A stretch of DNA of 63,884 nt, the filler included, from Thraustochytrium aureum (taxonomy: Eukaryota): assembly GCA_012862495.1 (NCBI GenBank). It is 5 parts of 5 records of this genome, joined end to end, with 100 filler letters (N's around TTAATTAATTAA, not from the genome) between each part and the next. Parts side by side here need not be neighbours in the genome. Positions count along the whole stretch, not along the records: positions 11,956 to 37,682 come from BLSG01000134.1; positions 37,783 to 53,437 come from BLSG01000135.1; 3 more parts are not named here. One strand, 5' to 3'. The notes below the pieces were generated by a model. The model was not told the origin of the DNA and searched no databases. It saw only the letters and a program-made list of their open reading frames with translations. Below, one piece after another: positions 33,381-44,137 of the stretch. The number at the start of each line of letters is the position of its first letter. Position 1 is the first letter of the stretch. The position numbers and the translations under genes are program-made.

Positions 33381-35299
33381 CGCGCGCCGCCCTCGCGGTC
33401 CAGCAAGCCAGCCTGCCAGCTAGCCGTAGCCTGCCGACGGCTTCGCAAGCGCGGCTCGCCCGCCCGCACGAACAACGGCACGGCAACGCAACCAGTGCAC
33501 CGAGCTGGTGCAGGCCTACCGGTATCCCGCGTTGTGAATCTCGGAAAAACGCAGGACAGGAACAACCAACAAACAAGCAAGCAAACAAACACACAGGGCG
33601 CGCCAGCAGACCGGAGCAAGCCAGGCCGGCGAGGCGGNNNNNNNNNNNNNNNNNNNNNNNNNNNNNNNNNNNNNNNNNNNNNNNNNNNNNNNNNNNNNNN
33701 NNNNNNNNNNNNNNNNNNNNNNNNNNNNNNNNNNNNNNNNNNNNNNNNNNNNNNNNNNNNNNNNNNNNNNNNNNNNNNNNNNNNNNNNNNNNNNNNNNNN
33801 NCGGAGGGCCTTGCACTAAATCGCCCTGCGGCCCTGCGCTTCTGCTCTCGTGCACTTCCGCCTCTGCTGTTGCGTGTCTGCCAACTGCTGTTCGAGAATC
33901 CAAGACCAGAGCTTTGTGACGGCACTGACGTGTCGAACTCCAGAACAAGGAAGCCGGGCTGGTTGCTTTCGTACAGGCCGTTCGTTCGTTGCCCATCGTG
34001 ATCGAGGCCACCGGTGGCCAGGGCTCGCAGGCATCGTCTGTAGGGTACTCTACTTTCTCTCGGCAGGTTCGTCACGAGCTTGCATCCGCGCGCGATCGTC
34101 AACCGGTCTCGCGTCGAATTCAACTTCGGAAGGCCATCATGCTGATCAGGCTCGTCGCCAGCGGCAGCGCTCGTGGCGCTTGCTACTCCTGCACATACTG
34201 GGCTGGTGCGGGTGCTCTTCAGCCCGCGGCTTCTGTCGCGCGCAGAGGTGCCCCGTCGCTCGAGCTTGGAGAGACAAGGACGGCGGGAAGCCGACAGTCT
34301 TTCTGAACAGTCTGGTAGGTATCCCGGGCCGAAACGGCACCGAGGAGCTCCGACACAAAGCTGGCCGCCGCAGGGGAGGAGAACTCGTAGCGCGCGTCAC
34401 AGCGGGAGGCGTTCCCAGACTCGGAACGACACTCATCAGCAAAAGGCCTTGGAGGTAGTACTCGAGCTCATGCAAATGTGCATTGGCTGCGACTTGAGGA
34501 GAAGGCCACGTCACACGTGACCCCATCAGTGTCGTGAACACGGTGTGAAGCGCGAACACGCTCTCGTCGTCACACAGACCCCCAGGCGAGTCGCGCTTTG
34601 ACGTGCAGGCTCGAGTCCAACCTGTCCGCTGTGCTGTGGCCCCCCCTTCGTCACGCACGCGGAGTGCAGCGAAGAAACGCTGACACGTCACATATCCGTC
34701 ACTGTGACGACACCATCGCCCCCCTTCAGCTCACACGAGTCCCCATCGTTTCGCATAACGATCGGCCCGCGCAGCGCGGCAGCCACGTCACACTGACCCC
34801 CTGCAAGTCGCGCGCAATTCCAGGCACATTCCGCGCTCCTGCCGCCCTCCCCGCCCTCCGTCCGCGGGGTGTACGCAGGTGTATCTCGCACCAACACCTC
34901 CTCTCCGCCCTGGCAAAACGACACTCTAACCCATACTAACATACACAAGACCCTCCAGTTTCTCCGATTCCGTCCAAGAAGCTCCCGACGCGGTAGGGTT
35001 AGGGCTGGCCCTGCGTGTGGCGCGCCGGATGCTGTGGCGGAGGGCGGCCGCCAGAGGGCGCACCGAGGGCGTTCGCAGGTCGCAGAGGGTCTTTCGAGGG
35101 CGCCTGGACACTGGGGGGGGCTGCGGCGGGTGGTCGCTGGAGTATTGGCGGGGCGGGCAGCAGACCCTCGAGAGACGTGCTTAAACTGAGTTGCCGACAG
35201 GTTCGCATCTCTGCACGACTCGGACGGCAGCAGCAGCAGCAGCAGCAGGAGGCAGGCAGGCAGGCAAGGTTTGTTGGATTGATTTGCGGTCGAGGAAGA

Positions 35300-35837
35300 A
35301 TGTCGCTCGCTAGCTTGCCCAAGGAGCAGCACGACGAGGCCTGCTGCGTGTACGCCGCGCTCATCCTCCAGGNNNNNNNNNNNNNNNNNNNNNNNNNNNN
35401 NNNNNNNNNNNNNNNNNNNNNNNNNNNNNNNNNNNNNNNNNNNNNNNNNNNNNNNNNNNNNNNNNNNNNNNNNNNNNNNNNNNNNNNNNNNNNNNNNNNN
35501 NNNNNNNNNNNNNNNNNNNNNNNNNNNNNNNNNNNNNNNNNNNNNNNNNNNNNNNNNNNNNNNNNNNNNNNNNNNNNNNNNNNNNNNNNNNNNNNNNNNN
35601 NNNNNNNNNNNNNNNNNNNNNNNNNNNNNNNNNNNNNNNNNNNNNNNNNNNNNNNNNNNNNNNNNNNNNNNNNNNNNNNNNNNNNNNNNNNNNNNNNNNN
35701 NNNNNNNNNNNNNNNNNNNNNNNNNNNNNNNNNNNNNNNNNNNNNNNNNNNNNNNNNNNNNNNNNNNNNNNNNNNNNNNGGAGGTCGACGTCGGTGGCGG
35801 TGGCCTCTTCGGCGGCGAGGACGCCGCTGGTTACTAA
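35300..35837 (+). CDS. RPLP1: 60S acidic ribosomal protein P1 (middle lies in gap 35373-35779)
   Basis: N-terminus MSLASLPKEQHDEACCVYAALILQ; after the gap, EVDVGGGGLFGGEDAAGY* (TAA 35835-35837). Confidence 0.85.
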
Positions 35838-36787
35838 GCGCTCACGCGGCTGCCTGTTCCTGCCATGCGCGACTCCCTTATACGCCCTGCGGTACTTGGC
35901 TGCGCTGGAGGGCGACCGCCCTGCTACGGTGCCGCGTTTGCGCTGCGCAAAACAGCGCGAACGTAGCTTCCTACTAGAAGTCGGTTGTCAATCAGCAAAA
36001 TTGTCCTTGTGCCCCTTCTTTCCCCCTTTTTCTGTCTCATTTCTTTTCATTTCAATCAACAACCGAGGCGACGAGCCGGCTCGAGCAACATCGTGGCTCC
36101 ACATCGAGGGAGCCGGCCGCGGATTGGAATCAGGCAGGCTCACAGACAAGGCCCTGGAGACGTCCAAGAATCCAAGGGAAGCGACTGCGAGGCCCTACTC
36201 GGCTTGGTCTATTCGTCGAGGCCGCTCTTGCTCGAGGAGCTCCCATGCCCCCTGCACAACGTTTTTTTTTTGGTCGCTTCATGCAGCTCAGCTCGGCTAC
36301 CTCTCCATCAGAACAGCTGACAAGCTCGGCTGATTGAGAGATTGAGCACGGAGGTCCTGGGCCGTTGCAAGCGTTCAACACCCAAGGACAAGGACTGCGA
36401 TGCGTTTCAACAAGGCTCGGCGATGCCCACGCGGCCTAATCTCACAATGGACTTCTCTGGCAAACAAGAGCAACTCAGCACAGACGGGGTCTTTGTCGGG
36501 GCTCGGTGCGACGGGTTTCGACGCGGACTCCACCGCCAACCTGTTTGGCGGCCAGCAGGTTCCCTCCTCCGGTGCCACTTTCTGCAGCCGATGGCTTTCG
36601 ACTGACTGCGTGCTGGTTTTCGCCACTTAGCTTCTCGCTGCTTTTAACAACTATCTACCTATTTCGGATGGACTGGGAGCGCTGGACGACAAGATCGTGG
36701 AGGCTGCAGCCGAACAAGTCTGGCCAGCTTGATCAAGAAGAATAGGGACTGACGACCCAATGTGCTCGTCTAGTCCACGCGGCATCA

Positions 36788-37682
36788 TTACGCGTTTCGC
36801 TGAATCAGCTCCAGCACGCACAGTTGGTGCAAACTGTCGAACACAGCCACGCACGACCTGTCCGCAGCTTCCACGCAGTTCTTGATCTCTGAATCGCACG
36901 TGAAGCCCACCGAGTGAGTTGCTTCAGCGCCGCTGACCACAGAAATAGAGCTTCTGCCGTTCGCCAGTGAAGGTTGCCGCAACTCCTCCTCTTCCAGGAG
37001 CGCCGCTTCCGCGTCGTCAAGAAAATCGCCCGTCGCTATCGACCACGCGAGCACGCGGTCCAGACTGTCCCGCGAAACGATGTGGCTGCCATCGCCCGAG
37101 ATAGCCACGGCCACAACACGAGTAGTGTGTCCCTCGAGCCGCATGAGCTCCTGCCCCGATTTGGCGTCCCAGACACGGACGGTCTTGTCAAAGCTCCCCG
37201 AAACGATGCAGTCGCCACCGCGTGAGAGCGCCACTACTCTGACCCAATCGGTGTGCCCCACGAGCCGTCGGAGCTTCTGCCCCGATTTAGCGTCCCATAT
37301 GTGGATGGCATTGTCGCGGCCCCCCGAAACGATGCGGTCGCCGCCACGTGAGAAGGCCACGGACATGACGCTTGAGGTGTGTCCCTCAAGCCGCAGGAGC
37401 TCATGCCCCACTTTGGCGTCCCAGACGCGGACGGTCTTGTCGTCGCCCCCCGAAACGACGCACTTGCCGTCAAGCGAGAGGGCCACGGCCACAACACTTG
37501 AGGTGTGCCCCTCAAGCCGCCGGAGCTCCTCCCCGGTTTTTGCGTTCCATATCCTGACGGTCTTGTCAGCACTCCCAGAGACAACGCGGTCGCCGTCGCG
37601 CGAGAGGGCCACGGCATTGACACGGTCGGTGTGCCCCTCGAGCCGCCGGTTCTCCTGTTCAGATGTTGCGTCCCAGCGCGGA
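36788..37682 (-). CDS. WD40-repeat protein with highly similar 42-aa repeats (HET-E-like), C-terminal part only
   Basis: Units LEGHTxxVxxVAxSxxGxxxVSGxxDxTVRxWDAKxGxELxR repeat every 126 nt. Truncated at the scaffold end. Confidence 0.92.
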
Positions 37683-37782
37683 NNNNNNNNNNNNNNNNNN
37701 NNNNNNNNNNNNNNNNNNNNNNNNNNTTAATTAATTAANNNNNNNNNNNNNNNNNNNNNNNNNNNNNNNNNNNNNNNNNNNN
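37683..37782. other. Artificial scaffold spacer
   Basis: 44N-TTAATTAATTAA (37727-37738)-44N. Confidence 0.97.
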
Positions 37783-40461
37783 GGGCTCTCTCCAGTGGGT
37801 TGGCAGGCGCGCGAGCGCCGCGAGAGCCAGCACTCTTGCCATAGCCTGGGCCTGGGCGAAGAAGAGCAACAAGCAGAGCAAGGCTCCCAACCCAGCGCCC
37901 CTGAGAATGATGAGGCCACGCAAGGGCCCTTGCTTGCCGGCAGCATCGAACCAGACGTTGAGCCGCCCGCGGCCGCACCGAGCGAGCCGATTGTGGAGTT
38001 CGCCTCGGTCGTCTACACTCCGCAGTTCGTCTCCCTTGCGACTTCTTTTGTGCTCGCTGCGTCGCTGTACCACTTCAAGGACAGTCAAGACCTTGGTCTG
38101 GCCCTGATTCTAACGACGCTGACAAACGTCGCCTTTATCACGGCCGAGCAGCTACTCATGCTCTGGCGCCCGACGCGGTGGGCTGCGGTGATCCTGCACG
38201 ACCGCGTAATGAACGTGGTTTACAACTGGCAGAGCGAGACGATTCGCTCCGGCTTCGAGACGTGCTTTTACCTCAGCTCGCTCTTTTCCTGCTACGCGCT
38301 GACCGAGAATGTGACGTTTGCCGTGCTCGTCGGCACGCTCGCTGGGATGTCGATCGTTCTCACATCCGCGTGGATCGGCATCGGCGAGCACGCCCCAGGC
38401 TCGAGTGCTCTTGAGGCGCTCTCCGGCAACGACCTCGAGCGCGGCATCTTCATGCTGGCTATCTTCGGCTGGGCCTGCGCCACGCTTCTTTACACGATTT
38501 TCGTCTACTCGCGCAGCAGCGTCCTGGCCCTGGGCCTCGTGCTACCAACAGGCATCGCGATTGTTTGCCTCGCGGAAATGGCTGTTGGCTCGCACAAGCG
38601 CAATTTAGCCCTGCATACCGACGACCCCTCGATCGCCCCTCTGCCCCCTTGCGCCTCGGACGCTCGCTCGGTTGGAAGCGCGGGCGCCCTTGCGTCGCCA
38701 AGAGCGCCGAGGGACCACGCCATCGAGGCGGCGCAAGAAGCGGACCGGCGGCAAGGCATGCACAGCGAGGGCGCCCTGCCAACCGCCCCACTCGCCACGG
38801 CTAGCCAAGCGCCCCTGACGGTGCCGCTCAAGTCGAAGTGGCTCGTTTTCCAGCACGCCGTCGGCTCAGTCCTCTTCCCCGCCTCGTCTGCTCTCACCTC
38901 TGCAGACAGGCCGCAGCACCGCGCGCTGCCTGCCGTAGAGTTGGCCGATGTCCTTGACGCTCGAGAACACCCCCCGAGGGAGCTGCAAGCCGTCAAAGCG
39001 AGGCTCGCGAAGCAGGCAGACCGCCTCCTCACTCGCGAGGAGATCAAGGGGAAGCAATACATTGTCGTCGAAGGCTTCGTCTTTGACGTGGCAGACTTTG
39101 CCAAGGGCCACCCTGGCGGAGAAGGCCTGCTGCTCGACTATGCCAAGAGGCAGGCGGACGTGAGCGACCAGTTCGCGGCCTTCCACCACCCGGTTGTTTA
39201 CAAGCGCCTCCTTCCGTTGCTGGTCGGCAAGCTGCAGGAGCAGACGCCGTCGCAGGCGTCGGATGCTGTCGCCGACGCGCAGGCGGAAGCCGCGGCAAGG
39301 CCCTCCCCACTGCGGGCCTCCGCCGAGTACCGCCGACTCCGCGACTTCCTCTGGGCGCGCGGCTACTTTGACGGCGCCGAGTCTGACTTTGAGTCTGCCA
39401 GGAGCTGCGCCAACCAGCACCTCGTCGTGCTGTCCCTCGCCGTCCTCGCTGTGTGCCAGGTGGCGCTCCTGAGCCACAACCTGGCGCACACGCCGACTCA
39501 AGACCAGGAGGGGCTCGCCTTTGCGATCCGTTCCATCTTCCAGTGCGTGCTTGCCGCGGTGACCATGGGTTTCTTCTGGCAGCAGGTTGCCTTCATCGCG
39601 CACGACGCGCTGCACAACGGCGTGGTGCAGCGCACCAAGGAGGCGCGGCCAAAGTCGCCGTTCGTGCCGCACAATGTTCTCGGCTGGTTTCACGGCAGCG
39701 TCTGCTTTGGTATCAGCTCAGCGATGTGGCTCGACGAGCACAGCGTTCACCATGCCATGACCATGCGCCCGTGCCAAGACGCCCAGTTCAACTACCTACC
39801 GTTGTGGTGCGTTTCCCTCAAGGAGTTCGCCACGCGGTTTTGGCAGGACATGCGAGACAGCGCGTTTTTTATGCCACTTCTCACGCGCCTTCTCGTCTCT
39901 GTTCAGCACCGCACTTTGCTGCCGCTCGCCGTGCTCATCGGCCGGTTCAACTTTTACATCCTCAACGTGGCATATGCGGTGAGAAACCGGGTCTACTACG
40001 ACCTAGCTGGCATGTGCATGTATTGGGCAATGTACGTCACCCTTGTGGCGCAGCTGTCTGCCAGCCCGGCGCTTCAATGGTGCTTTGTGCTTGTGTCGCA
40101 CTGGACAGTGGGAGTTCTGCACGTTCAGCTACTCATCAACCACCTCGCCACGGACGCTTTCACGGCGTTGGAGGAGGACGAGCTCGAGTTTTTCTCGTTC
40201 CAAATCCGAACCACGCGCAACATCGACAGCACGGAAAACACAGACTGGTTCCATGGAGGGCTTCAGTACCAGATCGAACACCACCTGTTTCCGCAGCTGC
40301 CGCGCCACCGTCTCGCGCTGGCCAAGCCCGCCGTCCAGGAGATCTGTCGCCGAAACGGGCTCGTCTACGAGTCGGTTGGGTTCTTTGAGGCGACACGCCT
40401 CTCGCTCGCCGACTTTGAGTCCATCGCAAACGAGGTCTGGGCGGGCAACCTTGCTGCTTGA
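37783..40461 (+). CDS. Front-end (cytochrome b5-fused) desaturase, sphingolipid delta-8/delta-6-like, with a long multi-TM N-terminal extension; 5' end probably truncated
   Basis: Cytochrome b5 motif HPGG, His boxes HDALH, HSVHH and QIEHHLFP, and DWFHGGLQ. About 270 aa of hydrophobic helices lie upstream of the b5 domain in the same frame. Confidence 0.9.
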   Translation, partial: GLSPVGWQARERRESQHSCHSLGLGEEEQQAEQGSQPSAPENDEATQGPLLAGSIEPDVEPPAAAPSEPIVEFASVVYTPQFVSLATSFVLAASLYHFKDSQDLGLALILTTLTNVAFITAEQLLMLWRPTRWAAVILHDRVMNVVYNWQSETIRSGFETCFYLSSLFSCYALTENVTFAVLVGTLAGMSIVLTSAWIGIGEHAPGSSALEALSGNDLERGIFMLAIFGWACATLLYTIFVYSRSSVLALGLVLPTGIAIVCLAEMAVGSHKRNLALHTDDPSIAPLPPCASDARSVGSAGALASPRAPRDHAIEAAQEADRRQGMHSEGALPTAPLATASQAPLTVPLKSKWLVFQHAVGSVLFPASSALTSADRPQHRALPAVELADVLDAREHPPRELQAVKARLAKQADRLLTREEIKGKQYIVVEGFVFDVADFAKGHPGGEGLLLDYAKRQADVSDQFAAFHHPVVYKRLLPLLVGKLQEQTPSQASDAVADAQAEAAARPSPLRASAEYRRLRDFLWARGYFDGAESDFESARSCANQHLVVLSLAVLAVCQVALLSHNLAHTPTQDQEGLAFAIRSIFQCVLAAVTMGFFWQQVAFIAHDALHNGVVQRTKEARPKSPFVPHNVLGWFHGSVCFGISSAMWLDEHSVHHAMTMRPCQDAQFNYLPLWCVSLKEFATRFWQDMRDSAFFMPLLTRLLVSVQHRTLLPLAVLIGRFNFYILNVAYAVRNRVYYDLAGMCMYWAMYVTLVAQLSASPALQWCFVLVSHWTVGVLHVQLLINHLATDAFTALEEDELEFFSFQIRTTRNIDSTENTDWFHGGLQYQIEHHLFPQLPRHRLALAKPAVQEICRRNGLVYESVGFFEATRLSLADFESIANEVWAGNLAA

Positions 40462-41166
40462 GCTCGGCGGCGGAGTGATTGTACACAACAAAACGATTTT
40501 TCTTCTTCCATACAATTCAATCAAACATGTGGGCGGGCGGTGGGCTCGTTATTGCGCGCGCCGAAGAGTGCTCGGTGGCCACTTCTGGCTGCTCGGCCAC
40601 CAGCCAACGACGTGTGCCAAGCCCACCTCGCACTTGGCTCACGCGCGGTCTCATTCCACCATCAGCTCAGGTCACAATGATCGCCACTATTTCGATCCGA
40701 GGATGATCGTCAGCGGACGTTTCGCGTCAACATCGCAAGGCCATTCATCATCCGTCAGTCAGGCTCTCCTCCACCTTCAGACTTTTGGCTGTCAGTCTGG
40801 CTTCTATGGAACTGGACTGGGGGCTAGGCTCTTCCGCACGCGGCCTCCTTCGTGCGAAGTCATTGGCTGCTTTGATCAGACCCAGTGGATCACCGTGGAT
40901 CACCATGCATCACAGACCCAGTAATCACCATGGGTCGTTGAGACAGACAAAAGTGCTGTCCGATCCGTAACGGCAACCTTTTGGTTTTGCAAGTCCAGGC
41001 CAACGCGGGCAGAACGCAAGCGCGCATCGGCATCTTCCCAAGCGCTCCGCGACGCGCCTCGGAGACTACAACATCGACAACTAGAAGGACGCCACGTGCG
41101 CGGCAGGTCGACGCCTCGGCGCCCTTGCTGGGGTGGGTCTCATATTTGCCCTCTCCGAGAGGACGC

Positions 41167-43683
41167 ATGCCGACACGAACAGAAGAGTCCACCAAGCCAG
41201 CAGGGAATGGGGCCACCACGAGGATACCTGCGGCTACGCGAAGCACTGGGGAAGGCAGGGCGCCCCCGATTGGGGCAACCAAGCTGACAGACTGCCCTTG
41301 GATTCCCCTATTTGCTGTGTTCTGGGCGGGAATGGTCATCGTTGCGATTGTCGGTCTCGCGAGCGGGGACGTGCGCCGTCTTATATTTGCAACCGACTAT
41401 GTGGGTAATACATGTGGCGTCTGCAGCAACGGGCAAAGCTGCGGCTCGAGCATCTATTATCCACGTCCTGGGCTGGACGCTGTGATGCAGGGTGTGTCTG
41501 CGGCCACAAGCTCTGATCTGGTCCCACAAGACATCCACTTTTTCGGAATTTGTGTAGATTCGTGCCCTTCCCAAGGCGACTTTGTCTGCACGTACGATGT
41601 CCAAGCCTTGCTCAAGTCGCAGTATGCGACGCAAGCCGAAGCGAACCTTGTGCTGCTCCAGTGCGCCAACGAGATGAATGCGGCTAGCTTGGGCGTCGTA
41701 AACGGGTTTGGACTTGAAGCCTTGGATGCAACCTGTTACAAGCTAATGGAAGCCTGTTGGTTTGTTTCACAGCCGCAAGTCAACCTCTTCTGGAGATGCC
41801 TCCCAGACACCAAGCTCAACGAAACGGCACAGTACTCGTGTTACTATCCGGCGTTCCAGGATCGAGCCAATACCCTGCGCATGCCAGCAACCGTGTGCCC
41901 CGACCAGGTCGGCTTGCCGCAGATAGACCCATTCTGCGAAGACGCAGCGTGCTTTGCTCGGACAGGAAAGCCGTGTGTAGCCAACGACCGCTGCACCTAC
42001 CTTCTCGAGGAGCAGACCACGTTCCATGTTAAGGGCAGCCAATCGAACGTCGCAAGCCTTTTTCTCACAACGCTGGGGGGATGGGCTTCCACCATCTCGC
42101 GCAGCCTCGGCGACCTTGAGCAGACGTGGTGGTCAATTCTCGTTGTTAGCGTATTGGGCGGCGCCGTGCTGGGCTACGCGTGGATTGCGCTTCTCGAGTG
42201 TGCTGTGGGTTTGTTTGTCTGGCTCATGATTGCACTTTCCTTGCTTGGGCTGGTGCTCTGCGTGCTCGTCTCCTTTGCCAAGGCAGGCAAACTGGCTGAC
42301 GAGTTGCACTGGATATCCACGGCTACAAATAGCACGCTTGTCGTCGCCGCCTTCGAGTCCTCGAGCGCCTCGCAGACGCTCTGGTACGCGCTAGGCGTGT
42401 TTTTGGCCTGCATCGCCTGCGTCTACTTTCTCGTCCTCCTCGTCATGCGCCGCAAAATTTCACTCGCGATTGCCATCCTCAAGGAGGCGTCTAGCGCCGT
42501 TGAAAGGGTCGGCTCCGTCATGGTCATGCCGTTTCTTACCAGTGCCATGTCTGCAGCAATTGCATTTTACGGCGCGGGCATATTTGGCTATCTCTTCACT
42601 TCTGGCCACATAGTTCGACAAAACCTGACTCTGGATGGCGCAGCACAAAGCCTTGCTGGGCTCTCTGGTGGCCGACGGCTGGGCCTCTTGCACAACGAAA
42701 GCACCACCCGCGACGCGGGGCCATGGCCTGCTGGCTACGAGTACGGAGACGCGGCCGCGCTGTTCCAAACCCGCGACCTCCTCGAGGTCAACGTGTCAAA
42801 ATCCATCGAGCTTGGCCTCAACACGATCGCTTCAAACGTAGGCGTGAACGTCATGATCCTGTACCATGTCCTTGGCGTTCTTTGGACGCTGCAGCTAGTC
42901 AGCGCAATCAACGTGCTCACAATATCGAGGGCGGTCGCAGTGTGGTACTGGACCAGGGACCGCTCGACCATGCCGTTCGTTCCACTCTTTGGAGCGTTGA
43001 AAACGACCTTGTTTTCACACTTGGGCACGGCAATTCTTGGAGCGCTCGGGATTGCCATTTTCCAGCTCGTCAGGCTCGTCGTGTTTTATTTTCTTCGCCA
43101 AACGAGAGGGTTGCAAGAGAAAAACTCCCTCGTGAAGGTGGTCGCGCGTGTTGTATCTTCGTGCTTGCTCTGCTTTGAAGCGATGCTAAAGTATATCACG
43201 CACAGCGCCTTTATCATGGTCAGCATGACTGGAGAGGGCTTTTGCACGTCCGCGAAGGAGTCGATTGGGTACTTGGCCGCCAACATAGCCCGTGTCGCGA
43301 CAGTGCAGTTTGTTTCAAAGCTCATCACCATGCTCTCGATTTTGGTCATCACTTCCTCATGCCTTATGCTCGAGTTTGTGTGGCTCGAGTATGACCCAGC
43401 TTTTGCGTATGGTGGCGACCGCCAGATCTCTTCTCCCACAATGACTCTCGTTGTCACGGGGATTACGGCGTTTTACGTCTCCAACTGCTTTTTGCAGGTT
43501 TACGGGATCGCTGTGGACACGATCCTTCTCTGCTTTTGCGTTGACGTGGACCTCAACAAGGAGACCAAGGCATACTTTATGGGGAAGCCGCTGCGCAGAA
43601 TTCTCAGCAAGAAGCGTCGCGTGGACAAGAAAGGTGCGGCGGGGGCAGGAGCAAAGTCTGGCGCTGTGGTTGTGCCCTCCTGA
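41167..43683 (+). CDS. Choline transporter-like protein (CTL/SLC44)
   Basis: LTDCPWIPLF, RLIFATDYVGNTCG, ICVDSCP, AIAILKEAS, HLGTAILG, KYITHSAFI...GEGFCTSAK and VYGIAVDTILLCF. Confidence 0.93.
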   Translation: MPTRTEESTKPAGNGATTRIPAATRSTGEGRAPPIGATKLTDCPWIPLFAVFWAGMVIVAIVGLASGDVRRLIFATDYVGNTCGVCSNGQSCGSSIYYPRPGLDAVMQGVSAATSSDLVPQDIHFFGICVDSCPSQGDFVCTYDVQALLKSQYATQAEANLVLLQCANEMNAASLGVVNGFGLEALDATCYKLMEACWFVSQPQVNLFWRCLPDTKLNETAQYSCYYPAFQDRANTLRMPATVCPDQVGLPQIDPFCEDAACFARTGKPCVANDRCTYLLEEQTTFHVKGSQSNVASLFLTTLGGWASTISRSLGDLEQTWWSILVVSVLGGAVLGYAWIALLECAVGLFVWLMIALSLLGLVLCVLVSFAKAGKLADELHWISTATNSTLVVAAFESSSASQTLWYALGVFLACIACVYFLVLLVMRRKISLAIAILKEASSAVERVGSVMVMPFLTSAMSAAIAFYGAGIFGYLFTSGHIVRQNLTLDGAAQSLAGLSGGRRLGLLHNESTTRDAGPWPAGYEYGDAAALFQTRDLLEVNVSKSIELGLNTIASNVGVNVMILYHVLGVLWTLQLVSAINVLTISRAVAVWYWTRDRSTMPFVPLFGALKTTLFSHLGTAILGALGIAIFQLVRLVVFYFLRQTRGLQEKNSLVKVVARVVSSCLLCFEAMLKYITHSAFIMVSMTGEGFCTSAKESIGYLAANIARVATVQFVSKLITMLSILVITSSCLMLEFVWLEYDPAFAYGGDRQISSPTMTLVVTGITAFYVSNCFLQVYGIAVDTILLCFCVDVDLNKETKAYFMGKPLRRILSKKRRVDKKGAAGAGAKSGAVVVPS

Positions 43684-44137
43684 GTGATCTGTATTCAGCC
43701 CCCGATGCGGGATTTTGCTCACAGCATCACTGAGGTCAACAGGTTGAAGGTCTGATCAATGCTGTCACTGGCTGGCAACCGGGCGGGCAACTCGACCGAG
43801 AGTTTACGTACCACTTCGGTTGGAAGTGTGCACTACAACTTCAGAAAAGACCCGGTCACATGTACGGCAACTGGTTCACTCGGCGTTCTCCTTTGCACTT
43901 TGATGACCTCGGCCGCACACCACAAAGTGTTCCGTGAATGCGCCCGACCCGCTGGTGAGCAGCGAGTGGCAGGACACGAAGGGAAAGAAGGTACTCCTCC
44001 TTCGAAGCGACATTCACTCGAGAGAGCTCAGCGCGCGCTCTCTCTAGCTCTAGAGAGCTAGGGCAAGTGCTTGGCGCCGTCCGAACACGCCGCGCGCAAC
44101 GCTTCACATCAAAGGTCTACCGACTCTCGAGACACGC

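Noticed and set aside
30267..34001. Very long ORFs in the supplied track (1244 aa here; also 61571-63697, 21608-23641 and others)
   Set aside because: They are antisense shadows of real GC-rich genes, extended artificially through N gaps.
33802..35000. Coding-like fragments on the minus strand
   Set aside because: No sustained frame or recognisable motif. It may be a decayed gene, but I cannot support a call.
36000..36750. Short interrupted plus-strand frames between RPLP1 and the WD40 gene
   Set aside because: Several stops and no identifiable family.
44041..44061. Overlapping short inverted repeats (TCTCTAG/CTAGAGA; CTAGCTCT/AGAGCTAG) between convergent genes
   Set aside because: The stems are only 7-8 bp in CT/AG-rich sequence, which is expected by chance, and bacterial-type terminators do not apply here.
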